Virus record (IMG/VR): IMGVR_UViG_3300014204_000001
Location: 10,011-74,010 of that record
Reading direction: 5' to 3' (one strand)
DNA length: 64,000 bases
From: a virus
Taxonomy: Duplodnaviria; Heunggongvirae; Uroviricota; Caudoviricetes
Of this stretch, positions 10,320-20,073 are shown one piece after another. The position numbers and the translations under genes were made by a program. Every line of letters starts with the position of its first letter. The stretch's first letter is position 1. The notes under the pieces were generated by a model, which was not told the origin of the DNA, ran no database searches, and worked only from the letters and a program-made list of their open reading frames with translations.

Positions 10320-11350
10320 CAGACCGCCTTTTTGTCACCCCACAGACCCGTCTCGAAGTCGTAGGTATAGGGGTTTAAGGTTTCTGCAGCGAATTTGGGG
10401 GGCGGATCTTCCAGCGTCGATTGCTGCCGCACGAGCTCTGCGACGTACCTCTGGGTTTCTGCGCTCGTGCAGATCTTCTCCGCAACGTTAGCGTTGCAAA
10501 GATCTTCCAGGGAGCTATTGGCCGCGGCGGCGCTGCGTTTGTGCGCCATGACCTTGTCGTAGGCGCCTTTGGAAAGCATGCCTTGCTTGAGCGCCGCAGT
10601 CGCAGACGCGTCGGAGTTGATAAGCGTGCCATAGTAATCTTCTCGCAGTTCACGCGCGAGCGACTCGCTGACGAAACGTTGCTCCTTGTGCCGCCAATGC
10701 CAGGGCTCAGGTTTAGCCGTGGGCACATCGTCGTTGTCGAAGCCAAATAAGGTCGCGTTTTTTTGCAACCAGAGAAAGATAGCCGAGAAACGTCCGGACA
10801 ATCGATCTGTGATAGTCATGCCCGTTTTCAGATCAAGAGCGACCCCAGACTGGTGATTGCTGTATCCTGGAAAAGCCGCGGGGCCAAGCCGCACACCTTC
10901 GGCGGTCAAGGTGATTTCGCTGCGCGGAGGTTTCTGCATCCGGGGCACATATGCTGGTCGCGTTCGAGCATTCCAGAGCTCGATCTGCGTTTCCATGCTG
11001 CGGAAGCTGGAGTTGATCACCAGCAGAATACCGTCTTTTGCGGCATACCGACGCATCGTGAGAAAGTCGTAAGCGGTGTTCTCTTCGACGGTGAAACCGC
11101 CAACCTTTACGACGTTTATCTGTGTGGGCTTTCCGAGCGTGTAGCCTGTGACCTGGCGCACAGGGAGATTGGGAAGCGCTGGCGCACTTTCCAACTTGGG
11201 CGCAGGAGCTACGTTCAGGGACGCCGCAGCCATGGCGCTCTGGTGTTGAGCCACACTTTGGAGTGCGTCAGTGCCACTGTACAACTGCGGCTCTGCAACG
11301 CTCACGAGCGGCTCGGGTTCGCTCTTGTCGTAGCTCTCAGGGTCAGCCAT
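10319..11350 (-). CDS. M15B-family (VanY-like) D-Ala-D-Ala peptidase, probably baseplate-associated
   Basis: SSFRSMETQ, AFPGYSNHQSGVALDL and EPWHWRH Zn-peptidase motifs; ATG at 11350. Confidence 0.85.
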   Translation of the reverse strand: MADPESYDKSEPEPLVSVAEPQLYSGTDALQSVAQHQSAMAAASLNVAPAPKLESAPALPNLPVRQVTGYTLGKPTQINVVKVGGFTVEENTAYDFLTMRRYAAKDGILLVINSSFRSMETQIELWNARTRPAYVPRMQKPPRSEITLTAEGVRLGPAAFPGYSNHQSGVALDLKTGMTITDRLSGRFSAIFLWLQKNATLFGFDNDDVPTAKPEPWHWRHKEQRFVSESLARELREDYYGTLINSDASATAALKQGMLSKGAYDKVMAHKRSAAAANSSLEDLCNANVAEKICTSAETQRYVAELVRQQSTLEDPPPKFAAETLNPYTYDFETGLWGDKKAV

Positions 11351-12068
11351 GACTCCCCCGCGCAGCATCGACTCTCTGGACGATCAGGCTCTTCTGGTAG
11401 GACAGCTGACCCTGCGTGATATTGAGCTTCTTCATAAGCTCCTTGCCAGAGAGCTGCGGTTTACCCAGGTAGCCAGTGGAATACTCGAAGATCAGCTTCT
11501 GCAGTGGCGTGAGGTCGTGGTAGATGAAGTCCACCAGGTGATCTTCCGCGGTGTCGTAGTCTGGGTGTTCCTCGGACTCCACGTACTCCTTGCGCGAGGC
11601 CTGGCGCTGAAATTGATCCAGTTTCTTTTTGGACCAACCCAGGCGATCCTGGAGTTCTTCGCTGGTAGGGTCGCGACCTAGGCGATCACGCAACTCGTTG
11701 GTGCCTACATTGTAGGTGTGAAAGAGTAGCGCCTTCGTTTCGGACAGTCGCGCCGTGTTCTGCGTAGAGTAGACCATGCGCGAGAGTTTGGGTAGCCGAC
11801 TAGCCACGTACGTAGAGAGGGCTGTGCCCTGGTTGGGGTCATACGCGCGGAATGCCTCGACAGCCAAGCGTTTCGCTTCGGCCTCGAGCAGGCTGCGAGA
11901 CATAGCGCTCGCCCACTTGTTGACCTCTCGAGCGATGATGGGTTTCATCTGATCAAGCAGAGCCTGCAGATCCGAAGGATTCTGGGTACGCTTCCAGGTA
12001 CGCCAGAGCTCTGCGTCTTTCTGCTTGACGTCCAACTTTACCGCGTAAACGGGTTCCATGCGACTCAC
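11343..12068 (-). CDS. Sigma-70-family RNA polymerase sigma factor (FliA/SigF-like)
   Basis: Region 2 (AFRAYDPNQGTALSTYV), region 3 (LGRDPTSEELQDRLG), region 4 (LTPLQK...KELMKKLNITQGQLS). Confidence 0.85.
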   Translation of the reverse strand: MSRMEPVYAVKLDVKQKDAELWRTWKRTQNPSDLQALLDQMKPIIAREVNKWASAMSRSLLEAEAKRLAVEAFRAYDPNQGTALSTYVASRLPKLSRMVYSTQNTARLSETKALLFHTYNVGTNELRDRLGRDPTSEELQDRLGWSKKKLDQFQRQASRKEYVESEEHPDYDTAEDHLVDFIYHDLTPLQKLIFEYSTGYLGKPQLSGKELMKKLNITQGQLSYQKSLIVQRVDAARGSHG

Positions 12069-14761
12069 CTCTTCGGCGTATCCTTGATGATAGCCTCCCG
12101 GTACGCGAGCAGGGCTACATCCCAGTCAATCCGAGTCTGAGGGTACTCCGAGTCGAGCCCCTCCAGAACTCCAGTATACGGGATTGGCTCACCCGACGCA
12201 TCCTCGCTCACACCCGACTGGGCGCCGGCCAGGTCTGTCCCAGGACCCGGTCGCAGGCGCTTGATGCGCGTGTAGTAGGTGGCTCCACTACAAACGTCTG
12301 TGGTGTCGTAGGCATACGAATTGTTGAGTCCCTCGAGCTGTCCGCCCTCTTCGAGCTCAGCGAGCGTAGCTCCGCCATGTATGAATGAGACGTACTCTTG
12401 CAGTGTACAGATTGGCCTAGACACATACGCCATGGCCGCGTCGTAGTTCTCGAAGAGGTCTTTCGCCCCTGGGAGCGCCTCGATGTCGAAAGAATCGTTC
12501 AAGGCTTCGGCGGCCTTTGCCAGTTGCGCTGACCACGCTTGCGCATCGGCATCCGACATGCCTGCCAGAATCTTCGCGACAGTCGCTTGCGCCGTGACGG
12601 CGTACCCCTGGCTTGCTTTGTACTCATCCTCGATGATCTTGAAGTCGGCTGCGTATTTGTCCCACTCCGCCTGGGCCGCAAGGAAAGCATCGTGCACGTG
12701 GTTCAGCGCAGTTGCTTGTTCCGCAGTCTTGACGGCGTGCTGCAGGTGATTGTCGTAAACCGTGTACGCCTCGTCGTACGCAGCCTTAGCAGCGCATGCT
12801 TTTTCGTATAACTCCGAAGTGTGTGCAAAGGCCGTGTCCGCCAACGCCGCTGCATTCACAGCGTTGTTATACGCAGCCATGTTCGGGTTCGACGAGAGGC
12901 CAGCCGTGGTGTATGCAATGGGCTCAATTCGTTCGTCATCGTACCAGTGCGCCTCGTCCGGTTTAACGTAGCCCACGACGCGACGGAAGTCGAAGGCGGC
13001 GTGCTTGTTAGCCTGTATGTGCCGGCCAAAAAGAAGCGACGTATAGAATTCCTCGGCCTTCTCGAAGTCCTGGCTGATTTTGCGGATCTGCGGGATAGGA
13101 TCAGCCGGAGCGGAGGCCAGGAACTCGTTGGTGCGCAGCACGTCACTGCGCAATTGTCCAAGCATCTCTTGAAACGTCCGCCCGAAACTGTACTGGATCG
13201 CCGTGCGCATCCCATTGGTGGAGAAACTCTGCGTCACCTGAGTAACGTAGCCAACGGTGTCCATCGCGCTCGCCCGCTGGTCAAAGATCATGCAGGGAAA
13301 CCCAGGCAAGATGTATGGGTTGAACGCCATGTTGACGGCGCCACCGCGCTTCTCATAGCGCTGGCGATAGTGCTCGTACTGCACGTAAAGGTTGAACAAC
13401 TTCTGGATGCGGCCAACTTCCTGCTTCTGCACGTCCTCTGTCAGTGGTCCCTCGGAGCTTCCCGCCCCGGTACGGCTCATCAAGTAGGTGAACCAGGAGG
13501 GCACAGCGGAGCGGCTTAGGATGGGACCCTTGTAGAGCTCTTCTGGATGAACCAACATATTCTTGTTGGTGACCGTGGGTGTCGCTGCCGCCTTTGAGGA
13601 CTCAGCGCCATCGTTGTGCCGCATGATCACGCTAGCACTGGGAGGCCACGCAGCGGTCAGGGCCGCGGCCCCGAGAGTGTGCTGTAACACACCACCCACG
13701 AGTTGATCGTTGACGTAGGTTCGCGTGGGTTGTGCGAGGTAGCTCTCCGCGTAAGACAGCGACGTCATCATTGAGGGGAAGATCACATTGCATGTCGGAG
13801 GAACACCGAACAACATCTGCGGCTTTGCGAAATAGTTTACGACGCGCAGCGGTTCTTTAGCGATTTGCGAGGGTTCCGAGGGACTGGTCTGGGCGGGGCC
13901 CAGGATAGTGCCATCCCCCAGGCGCACGCGAAAACAGGGCGCTGTAGGAATCATCGCTAGTTCGAAGTAGAACCGCGACAGAAGTTCCTGGATGACTTGG
14001 AAAAGGGTGCCAGCGTTACCGATAGACGCCGCGGAGTCGCCACGAGACGAGTCCAGTGCGCTGGTGGCCTGCACTGCCTCGAGTATTGGAAATACAGCAG
14101 GTGTGCCCTCGTCCTCGAAAACGGGCAGTGCAGCAAAGCGGTTGACGAAGTTGCGCTTTCGAGCCCAGCGAGCGAAGAAGTTGACCGCGGGTAGTGTGCG
14201 CTGCTGCTCTGGGATCCCTTTGTCGAGCATGCCGCGCACGACGTTGTAAACAAGCTCGAACGGCCGTTCGATATCCTCAGCCTCGTTGTTCGGTTTTACG
14301 ATCAACCCCTTTTTGAACAGTGAGAAGGGGTAGAACACACCTGCCTGTGTGATACCGTTGACGCCGGCATTATGCACCACCGCCTCGGTGACCGCGTCCA
14401 CGGTATTCATGAAGAAGTAGTAGAGTTGCGTCCAGATCGCGACATCAGCGAGGGCGTTGAAGCTCATCTGCCGTCCGCTCGGCGAATTGGTGTAGCTCCA
14501 GCCAACGATCTCCCCTTCGAAGCAGAGCTTCCAGGTGGGGTCGTCTGGATCTGCGAGCGTGTCTAGGTAGAACACCACGACTTCGATACGGTCCTCGTTG
14601 CCCAGTCGTTGCAAAAGCCTGTGCGGGGCGAACGAGAGCGTAGCTTCGGGGATGGTCCATACGCCGTAGCTAATTGAGACCGAGGGGCATGGAACCTCAA
14701 TGCCGTTTAGATAAACCAGCCATGCACCTTGGTGGGGATCCGAATGAGTGTAGTCCGTCAC
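12065..14761 (-). CDS. Large tail/baseplate hub-like protein
   Basis: 898 aa; YLNGIEVPCPSVSISYG N-terminus; position in the baseplate operon. Confidence 0.55.
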   Translation of the reverse strand: MTDYTHSDPHQGAWLVYLNGIEVPCPSVSISYGVWTIPEATLSFAPHRLLQRLGNEDRIEVVVFYLDTLADPDDPTWKLCFEGEIVGWSYTNSPSGRQMSFNALADVAIWTQLYYFFMNTVDAVTEAVVHNAGVNGITQAGVFYPFSLFKKGLIVKPNNEAEDIERPFELVYNVVRGMLDKGIPEQQRTLPAVNFFARWARKRNFVNRFAALPVFEDEGTPAVFPILEAVQATSALDSSRGDSAASIGNAGTLFQVIQELLSRFYFELAMIPTAPCFRVRLGDGTILGPAQTSPSEPSQIAKEPLRVVNYFAKPQMLFGVPPTCNVIFPSMMTSLSYAESYLAQPTRTYVNDQLVGGVLQHTLGAAALTAAWPPSASVIMRHNDGAESSKAAATPTVTNKNMLVHPEELYKGPILSRSAVPSWFTYLMSRTGAGSSEGPLTEDVQKQEVGRIQKLFNLYVQYEHYRQRYEKRGGAVNMAFNPYILPGFPCMIFDQRASAMDTVGYVTQVTQSFSTNGMRTAIQYSFGRTFQEMLGQLRSDVLRTNEFLASAPADPIPQIRKISQDFEKAEEFYTSLLFGRHIQANKHAAFDFRRVVGYVKPDEAHWYDDERIEPIAYTTAGLSSNPNMAAYNNAVNAAALADTAFAHTSELYEKACAAKAAYDEAYTVYDNHLQHAVKTAEQATALNHVHDAFLAAQAEWDKYAADFKIIEDEYKASQGYAVTAQATVAKILAGMSDADAQAWSAQLAKAAEALNDSFDIEALPGAKDLFENYDAAMAYVSRPICTLQEYVSFIHGGATLAELEEGGQLEGLNNSYAYDTTDVCSGATYYTRIKRLRPGPGTDLAGAQSGVSEDASGEPIPYTGVLEGLDSEYPQTRIDWDVALLAYREAIIKDTPKR

Positions 14762-15405
14762 GCTTGAGCCTCATCGTCCAGGAGCAGAGCCGCAACGAGA
14801 ATGAGCATAGCGCACATAGCTGAGATGCGGTGGTTAAACGAGGTACTCATTAGGCGTGCTTCAAGGAGGTCCTTGTAGGCCTCGGGTATCCGTAAGTCTT
14901 GCAGCTCGCGGAATACCTGCGGGTAGCGCATCGTGAGGACCCGGAGTTCTCGGTCTATCGCAGTAGCCCGCACCTTACCCGAGACGGTACCGATGCTGCT
15001 TTCGGCAGCGTCCAGCAGCTGGACGAACACCGACTTGAGCTCGGTCGAGTAGGCGAAACCCAGAACGGTTCGTGCCTGGATCGTGATGTCGGGTGAAGTG
15101 TTGACCGACTGTAGAGTACGCTGACGGCACTCCTCGAGCGCGGGATAGGGGAAGGGGCGGCAAAGACGTAACTCGGCGGGAAGCCTACTGAGCACGGTGC
15201 CGTACACCTTGTTGACGAGCGCGCCATACCCTATGAAGTCTGCAACGGCAAAACTTTGAAGCTGCGCATAACCGAAGCCTTCGAGTTCAACCGTGATGCC
15301 GCGAATGTACCCCGTCAGCGCTGACGCAGCCGCTTCGGCTTCCGCCAAACCACTGACTTCTACAGGCGACCAGGGGGCGCCGTTGAATGTAGTGGTCTCA
15401 GCCAT
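14758..15405 (-). CDS. Hypothetical protein (structural module)
   Basis: 215 aa, overlap-coupled to both neighbours. Confidence 0.7.
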   Translation of the reverse strand: MAETTTFNGAPWSPVEVSGLAEAEAAASALTGYIRGITVELEGFGYAQLQSFAVADFIGYGALVNKVYGTVLSRLPAELRLCRPFPYPALEECRQRTLQSVNTSPDITIQARTVLGFAYSTELKSVFVQLLDAAESSIGTVSGKVRATAIDRELRVLTMRYPQVFRELQDLRIPEAYKDLLEARLMSTSFNHRISAMCAMLILVAALLLDDEAQA

Positions 15406-16019
15406 TAGATTGCGTTCCCACTTAGATCAACGATGTTCTGAATCGTCAACTCATAAGGCTGATTCGGTACCTGGAAGCCCGTAGTGAGCTCGACGGAGGT
15501 GTCCGATGTACGACTAGCCGCCGTCACTTCGAGACCTGCGATCAGATAGTTCCCTGGTGTGAGCGCACCATCAGGATCTACGGTCATCTTGACAGGCTCT
15601 GAAAACGTGACGAGGACTCGCATGCGCGAGAGTGCAACGACGCTCTGAATTACCGGCTTATCTGTTTCGCCGCCGCTAATGAAGGAGACATAGGGGAGCA
15701 GTTCGTCATTTTGAACGACTTTCACGACGCCCACGTATGCGTCGCAACCTGCTACGGCGACCGCGTATGTCAGCGGGCCAGACTGATCAGTCACACCTGC
15801 CGGGACCGTCAAGGAGTACTTGCCTTGGTTTACGAAGGCACCCTCGGTTACTTCGTCCCACATCTCCGTGGTGATGGTCAAGGCGCTGACACCGCCGTCG
15901 GCCTTTTCAATGCTGCATGTGATCTGGCTGAATCCGATATTGACTTTGGGTAGCTTGGTCGCAGTATCGAACAAGCGCACGGGAAGACGCACGCTCATGT
16001 TGCGCTTGACTTCGATCAT
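15405..16019 (-). CDS. Virion accessory protein with C-terminal Ig-like domain
   Basis: VTFSEPV...GNY...V.LTT.......YELTIQNIVDLSGN pattern; paralogous to 19411..20028. Confidence 0.7.
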   Translation of the reverse strand: MIEVKRNMSVRLPVRLFDTATKLPKVNIGFSQITCSIEKADGGVSALTITTEMWDEVTEGAFVNQGKYSLTVPAGVTDQSGPLTYAVAVAGCDAYVGVVKVVQNDELLPYVSFISGGETDKPVIQSVVALSRMRVLVTFSEPVKMTVDPDGALTPGNYLIAGLEVTAASRTSDTSVELTTGFQVPNQPYELTIQNIVDLSGNAI

Positions 16020-16021
16020 GG

Positions 16022-16891
16022 CTAGTTGAACCCCCTGTGGAAGGCATCGCTGATGCCGCGCGGGCTTGCGCTGGATGCGCTACTCGCATTCGTGAGCCTG
16101 AAGATAGACGACGATAGCGGGGCGGCCGGGATGACTCGGTTGCAGACAGCTAGGGGCGCGTAGGAGACGTAATACTCCGCGATCTCCTGGGCAGTGCGCG
16201 CCACGCTGCTAATACGCACGTCTGACAAACAGAAACTCAAAGGATCGCTGTAGCTCGCGGTGTTAGGAGCATGCCCAAAGAACATGGGGCATGTCTGGAA
16301 GCCTTTGTCGTTATGATTCCAAGGCGTCCGCTCGGTGGATTGGTTGACGAAGACCCCGTCTATATACCAAGAGGCCGTACATCTATAGGCGGAGCCGTTC
16401 CAGTAGGCTGCGGTCCGGGTCACAGCGAGATAGTGCCAGGCCTGGTCGTAGTTGTTCAGTTCGGTTGTGCAGTCGAATACTTCAGACTGCGCGGTGTTGT
16501 ACTGCCAGCGGAAAGAGGGCTTGAGCTGGTTGCTGCCGAACGTGAGGTGCAAGGGTGAGTTGTATTCTAGCACTCCTGTCTGATAGAGCGGGATCCCCAG
16601 CAGCATGGTTACGCCCGCGTAATCCTTAGAATCTAGTATGCGCAGCCATAGCTCCACTGTCAGAGCGCCGGCTACCGCCTCGGTCCAACCACTGGGCATA
16701 TTCCCTGACGCTAGCGAGTTATTGACTGTAATCGGTAGCACGTCTCGGCGCTCGGGACTTGCCCCCAGGAGCATCGCGGGAGAATCTCCTACGAGCGCCA
16801 CGCCGCCGGGGGCCAGATCGCGTAGGTGAGACGGCGAAGCGTCATCGAGAGGCCACAGCGAGACTGTTCCGGCATCGGCATCGTGCATCAC
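16022..16891 (-). CDS. LamG / concanavalin A-like domain protein
   Basis: LWPLDD, LTVELW, WHYLAVT, WYIDG, LSDVRISSVARTAQEI motifs. Confidence 0.8.
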   Translation of the reverse strand: MMHDADAGTVSLWPLDDASPSHLRDLAPGGVALVGDSPAMLLGASPERRDVLPITVNNSLASGNMPSGWTEAVAGALTVELWLRILDSKDYAGVTMLLGIPLYQTGVLEYNSPLHLTFGSNQLKPSFRWQYNTAQSEVFDCTTELNNYDQAWHYLAVTRTAAYWNGSAYRCTASWYIDGVFVNQSTERTPWNHNDKGFQTCPMFFGHAPNTASYSDPLSFCLSDVRISSVARTAQEIAEYYVSYAPLAVCNRVIPAAPLSSSIFRLTNASSASSASPRGISDAFHRGFN

Positions 16892-18972
16892 ATCGGCCCC
16901 ATCTGTAATAGTCGAACGTCGTTGGAGCGGTCCTTTAGATACGGGCTGAACGTCAAGTAGTTGCCATCGGGCAGTGCCTCAGCGACGTTTACCGTGGCTC
17001 GCGGGTTGGCAGTGGTGACGCCCCGCAATTCGCCTACACAACCGTAGGTCGCTAGGAAGGGAGTGTACTGCATCAGCTGTAGCGGAGAGAGCAGTGCGGA
17101 ACTGCGCCACTCCAGCATCGAGGTTATGCGGTCGCCGTTGGGCGGGTAGCTTCCCGAAAAAAGCGGATAGGCCTTGTAGGAGTCGGCAATGCCGTCGGCT
17201 GCGTATCCCTTAGGGCTCCGCAGACAGAGGAAGTCCATGCTCTCGTTGCCGATGACGGCCCCGGCTATGTCTTGGCCGAGGTAGGCACCGGCGGGATAGT
17301 TGGCGTTGACGGACTCCGCTTTGAAGGAATGGGCACCCAAGATCTCGGTGATACGGAGCGTCTCCCCGCCACCGCGTGCGAGGGCCTGCGCACGCCAGGC
17401 GGGCTGGACTTGCGCCGTCGAATCGAAGATCTCGATGCAGTCGCCCTGGACCAGCTTGCCAGTGATGTCCTCCTGCGTGGTGATCGTGACAGCCTTGCCC
17501 GAGACTAGGGGCACGGCAAGTGTGAACCTGTCAGTTTTCAGGTAGGAGTTGTAGAAACCCGCATACACAAACGATGTGATGCTTTTCGTACCGGCGGCAG
17601 GCCACCAGGTGGCTATTAACTTGACGTGCCCTGCATCGGCTACCGCGGCGAACGAAAGACTCGCGGACGAGGCCGGCAAACGTAGACTTCCTGCTTGCTC
17701 AAATTGAGGCATCGCTATCGTGTTATAATAGCTTCCTGGCCACACGCTAGATGGGGCCCGCCAGTTGGGGGGCATGACGGCAGTGCTCCACGCTTCTGTA
17801 TCCAGATCGAATATGTGGAAGTGCGTGAATGCGAGGCTGTTTGTGTTGGACCCGTGTGCGAAGCAGATGCTACCGCGAGCACCCAGCGATGGATCGAAGT
17901 AAAACTGACGGGGGTTTCCTGTATTAGTGCCGGCCGGAACTGCCGGCAGCGCAGCTGTCGGACCTGTCTCCCAGACATTGTCAGTGACCCCGTAACGGGC
18001 CCATTGGGTATTCGAAGCCGCATTGACGTAATCGCAGGTATAGATATAGTCCTGCGCGAATCCCGTGAGAGCTGCGGGCAAATACAGCATCTTGGCTATT
18101 GCTACGGTGTGAGCTGCAGTCATTGTCCAAGCACCTAAGCTGGGCATGGCCGCTAGAGATTCCCAACTATTCGAGCTAATGCGGTACCGAGCAAAGGCCG
18201 ATCCGGCCGCGTCGCTCTTTGCCATGTAGATCAGGTCGTCGCCGTCCCAAGAATGAAGTGCTGTGACGCTGGGCTTATACGCTCCCCATGGCGGATCTGC
18301 TCGGTACTCCGTCAGATTTTCCAGCACGTCATAGCGCTGCCAACACTGTCCTGCCGTGGCTAAATTAGGGCCCCACAGATACTCTTTGCCGGAAGCCCGG
18401 TCTATTGTGTGAACGAGCGTGGGATACGGGTAATTCGAAACGGTGCCGATGCTGACAGCGTTTCGAAAGGTAGGTTCGTATGCGTTGATAGAGGCAGCGT
18501 ATCGAGAGAAGAACGTGCGACCGTTGTAGGCCACATTGGAACTACCGTAGGCCTGCCAACTGGTGGACCACTGTGCGGCCGTGTGCGGGTACAGATCGTA
18601 CTGCCAGTTAGTGCTCGGGGACCAGTAGGCGTCGGCGGTCGCGTACATAGCGTGGGCGGGTCCATAGTACACGCGATTCTTTCGGCCCACCTCCCCATAG
18701 CCCGTGTGGGCTACGGCATTCCATGAGCGGTAAAGTCGAAAAGTCAGGTTGTCAAAGGCGGTCTCGGGGGCTATTCCGGGTGTATCACCCATGAGCGAGG
18801 ACGTGAGCCGCAGGTACACCGGGACTTTCGTATCGCCGTCGCTGAAAAGGAACACCTGGTCTGTGGCTGAGATAGCATCAACCAGAGTCCAACCCGAAAC
18901 CGTCGGCAGCCAGGCTGCGAGTTGGCCGAGCATATTGGCAGGAGAACTGGCAGCGGCGGTCAAAGAAGCCAT
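16888..18972 (-). CDS. Kelch/beta-propeller-containing virion accessory protein
   Basis: Repeats WQRYDVLEN.TE, FARYRISSNSWESLAAMP, WARYGVTDNVWET, FDLDTEAWS. Confidence 0.7.
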   Translation of the reverse strand: MASLTAAASSPANMLGQLAAWLPTVSGWTLVDAISATDQVFLFSDGDTKVPVYLRLTSSLMGDTPGIAPETAFDNLTFRLYRSWNAVAHTGYGEVGRKNRVYYGPAHAMYATADAYWSPSTNWQYDLYPHTAAQWSTSWQAYGSSNVAYNGRTFFSRYAASINAYEPTFRNAVSIGTVSNYPYPTLVHTIDRASGKEYLWGPNLATAGQCWQRYDVLENLTEYRADPPWGAYKPSVTALHSWDGDDLIYMAKSDAAGSAFARYRISSNSWESLAAMPSLGAWTMTAAHTVAIAKMLYLPAALTGFAQDYIYTCDYVNAASNTQWARYGVTDNVWETGPTAALPAVPAGTNTGNPRQFYFDPSLGARGSICFAHGSNTNSLAFTHFHIFDLDTEAWSTAVMPPNWRAPSSVWPGSYYNTIAMPQFEQAGSLRLPASSASLSFAAVADAGHVKLIATWWPAAGTKSITSFVYAGFYNSYLKTDRFTLAVPLVSGKAVTITTQEDITGKLVQGDCIEIFDSTAQVQPAWRAQALARGGGETLRITEILGAHSFKAESVNANYPAGAYLGQDIAGAVIGNESMDFLCLRSPKGYAADGIADSYKAYPLFSGSYPPNGDRITSMLEWRSSALLSPLQLMQYTPFLATYGCVGELRGVTTANPRATVNVAEALPDGNYLTFSPYLKDRSNDVRLLQMGPM

Positions 18973-18984
18973 GAGTTATTTCCT

Positions 18985-19401
18985 CTAGTTGAGCCTGACA
19001 GTGAGGGCGCCAGCGGAGAACCGCAACATATCACCCGCAATAACCGTGCGCGGAGCATCCAACGCCGCGGCGAAGAGCAGATTGCCGTTACTAGAGGCGT
19101 CGAGGATACCGAAGTGCGTGAGGGGCCCCGCCCAGTCAGCAGTGGCCCCAGGAAATTCGAGGACAGCTGACGTCGTGATCTGCGTACCCTGCGCATCTAC
19201 CACGGGCACAGCCCACGAAGCCTGCGCTACTACCACTCGAGCATAACCGAGGCTGTTGATGCTTGTGAGCTCATTCGCGCTTACCTCGGGATCACCCGTG
19301 TATAGTGCGAGGTAAGTGTTAATAGGAGCGGACAGAGCGTTGCCGCGAAAGAGAGCAGAGAGGATAGCACTCTCAAGGTATCGGCTAAAAGAAGCGGCCA
19401 T
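18985..19401 (-). CDS. Minor tail / tail-fibre-associated protein
   Basis: SRYLE.AIL...FRG......YLALYTGDP...GYARV...FP.AT..W...THFGILDA..GN.LF pattern seen in phage tail proteins. Confidence 0.7.
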   Translation of the reverse strand: MAASFSRYLESAILSALFRGNALSAPINTYLALYTGDPEVSANELTSINSLGYARVVVAQASWAVPVVDAQGTQITTSAVLEFPGATADWAGPLTHFGILDASSNGNLLFAAALDAPRTVIAGDMLRFSAGALTVRLN

Positions 19402-19410
19402 GTGCTAACC

Positions 19411-20028
19411 TCATTGCTGCTGTGTAATCGGGTTTCCGTCGAGGTCCTCGACGTTGAAGACGGTGAGAGTATAGCGCATCTGGGGCGTCTGTGCGAGCGT
19501 GGTGATGCACACCTGGTCGTCTGCTACCCTTTGAACGCTTAAAAGCGTGAGGCTGTCTACAACGTAGTTCGCAAGTCTCAGCGCACCATTTAGATCTGAG
19601 GTCATGATCACTGGCTCAGAGTATGTGATGTTGATCTGATTCCTGGTGGGCGCCGAGACACTCTGGATAACAGGACACACCGTTTCGCCGCCACCTGTGA
19701 ACTGTACGTACGGTGGGGTGGCGGCCAAGTTGAGCTCGGCAATATCCTGCTGTGTGGCTACTTCGAGCGCATCTTCGGCCCGGGAGTCATAGGTCCCGTA
19801 ACGAGGGTACGAGCCCGCGCCAAAATCCAAAATACCTACGTAGTGCGCCTCGGGCACCGTGGCGCGGGGAATTCGATACAGGCCGCCACCGATTTCTACG
19901 CAGGCGACCACAGGGGGTACCGCACCCGTAGTCACTTCGAAAAAGTTTTTCCAGGTGGGTACGATGCCTGCTAGAGGCTCATTGTTTACGTCGTAAATCG
20001 TAATGATGTAATCCGAATTACTAGCCAT
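19411..20028 (-). CDS. Virion accessory protein with C-terminal Ig-like domain
   Basis: C-terminal about 95 aa paralogous to 15405..16019. Confidence 0.7.
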   Translation of the reverse strand: MASNSDYIITIYDVNNEPLAGIVPTWKNFFEVTTGAVPPVVACVEIGGGLYRIPRATVPEAHYVGILDFGAGSYPRYGTYDSRAEDALEVATQQDIAELNLAATPPYVQFTGGGETVCPVIQSVSAPTRNQINITYSEPVIMTSDLNGALRLANYVVDSLTLLSVQRVADDQVCITTLAQTPQMRYTLTVFNVEDLDGNPITQQQ

Positions 20029-20073
20029 GTACTTCTCCAGTTTGTCGTGCGCACGCCCATATTCTAGTCCTAC

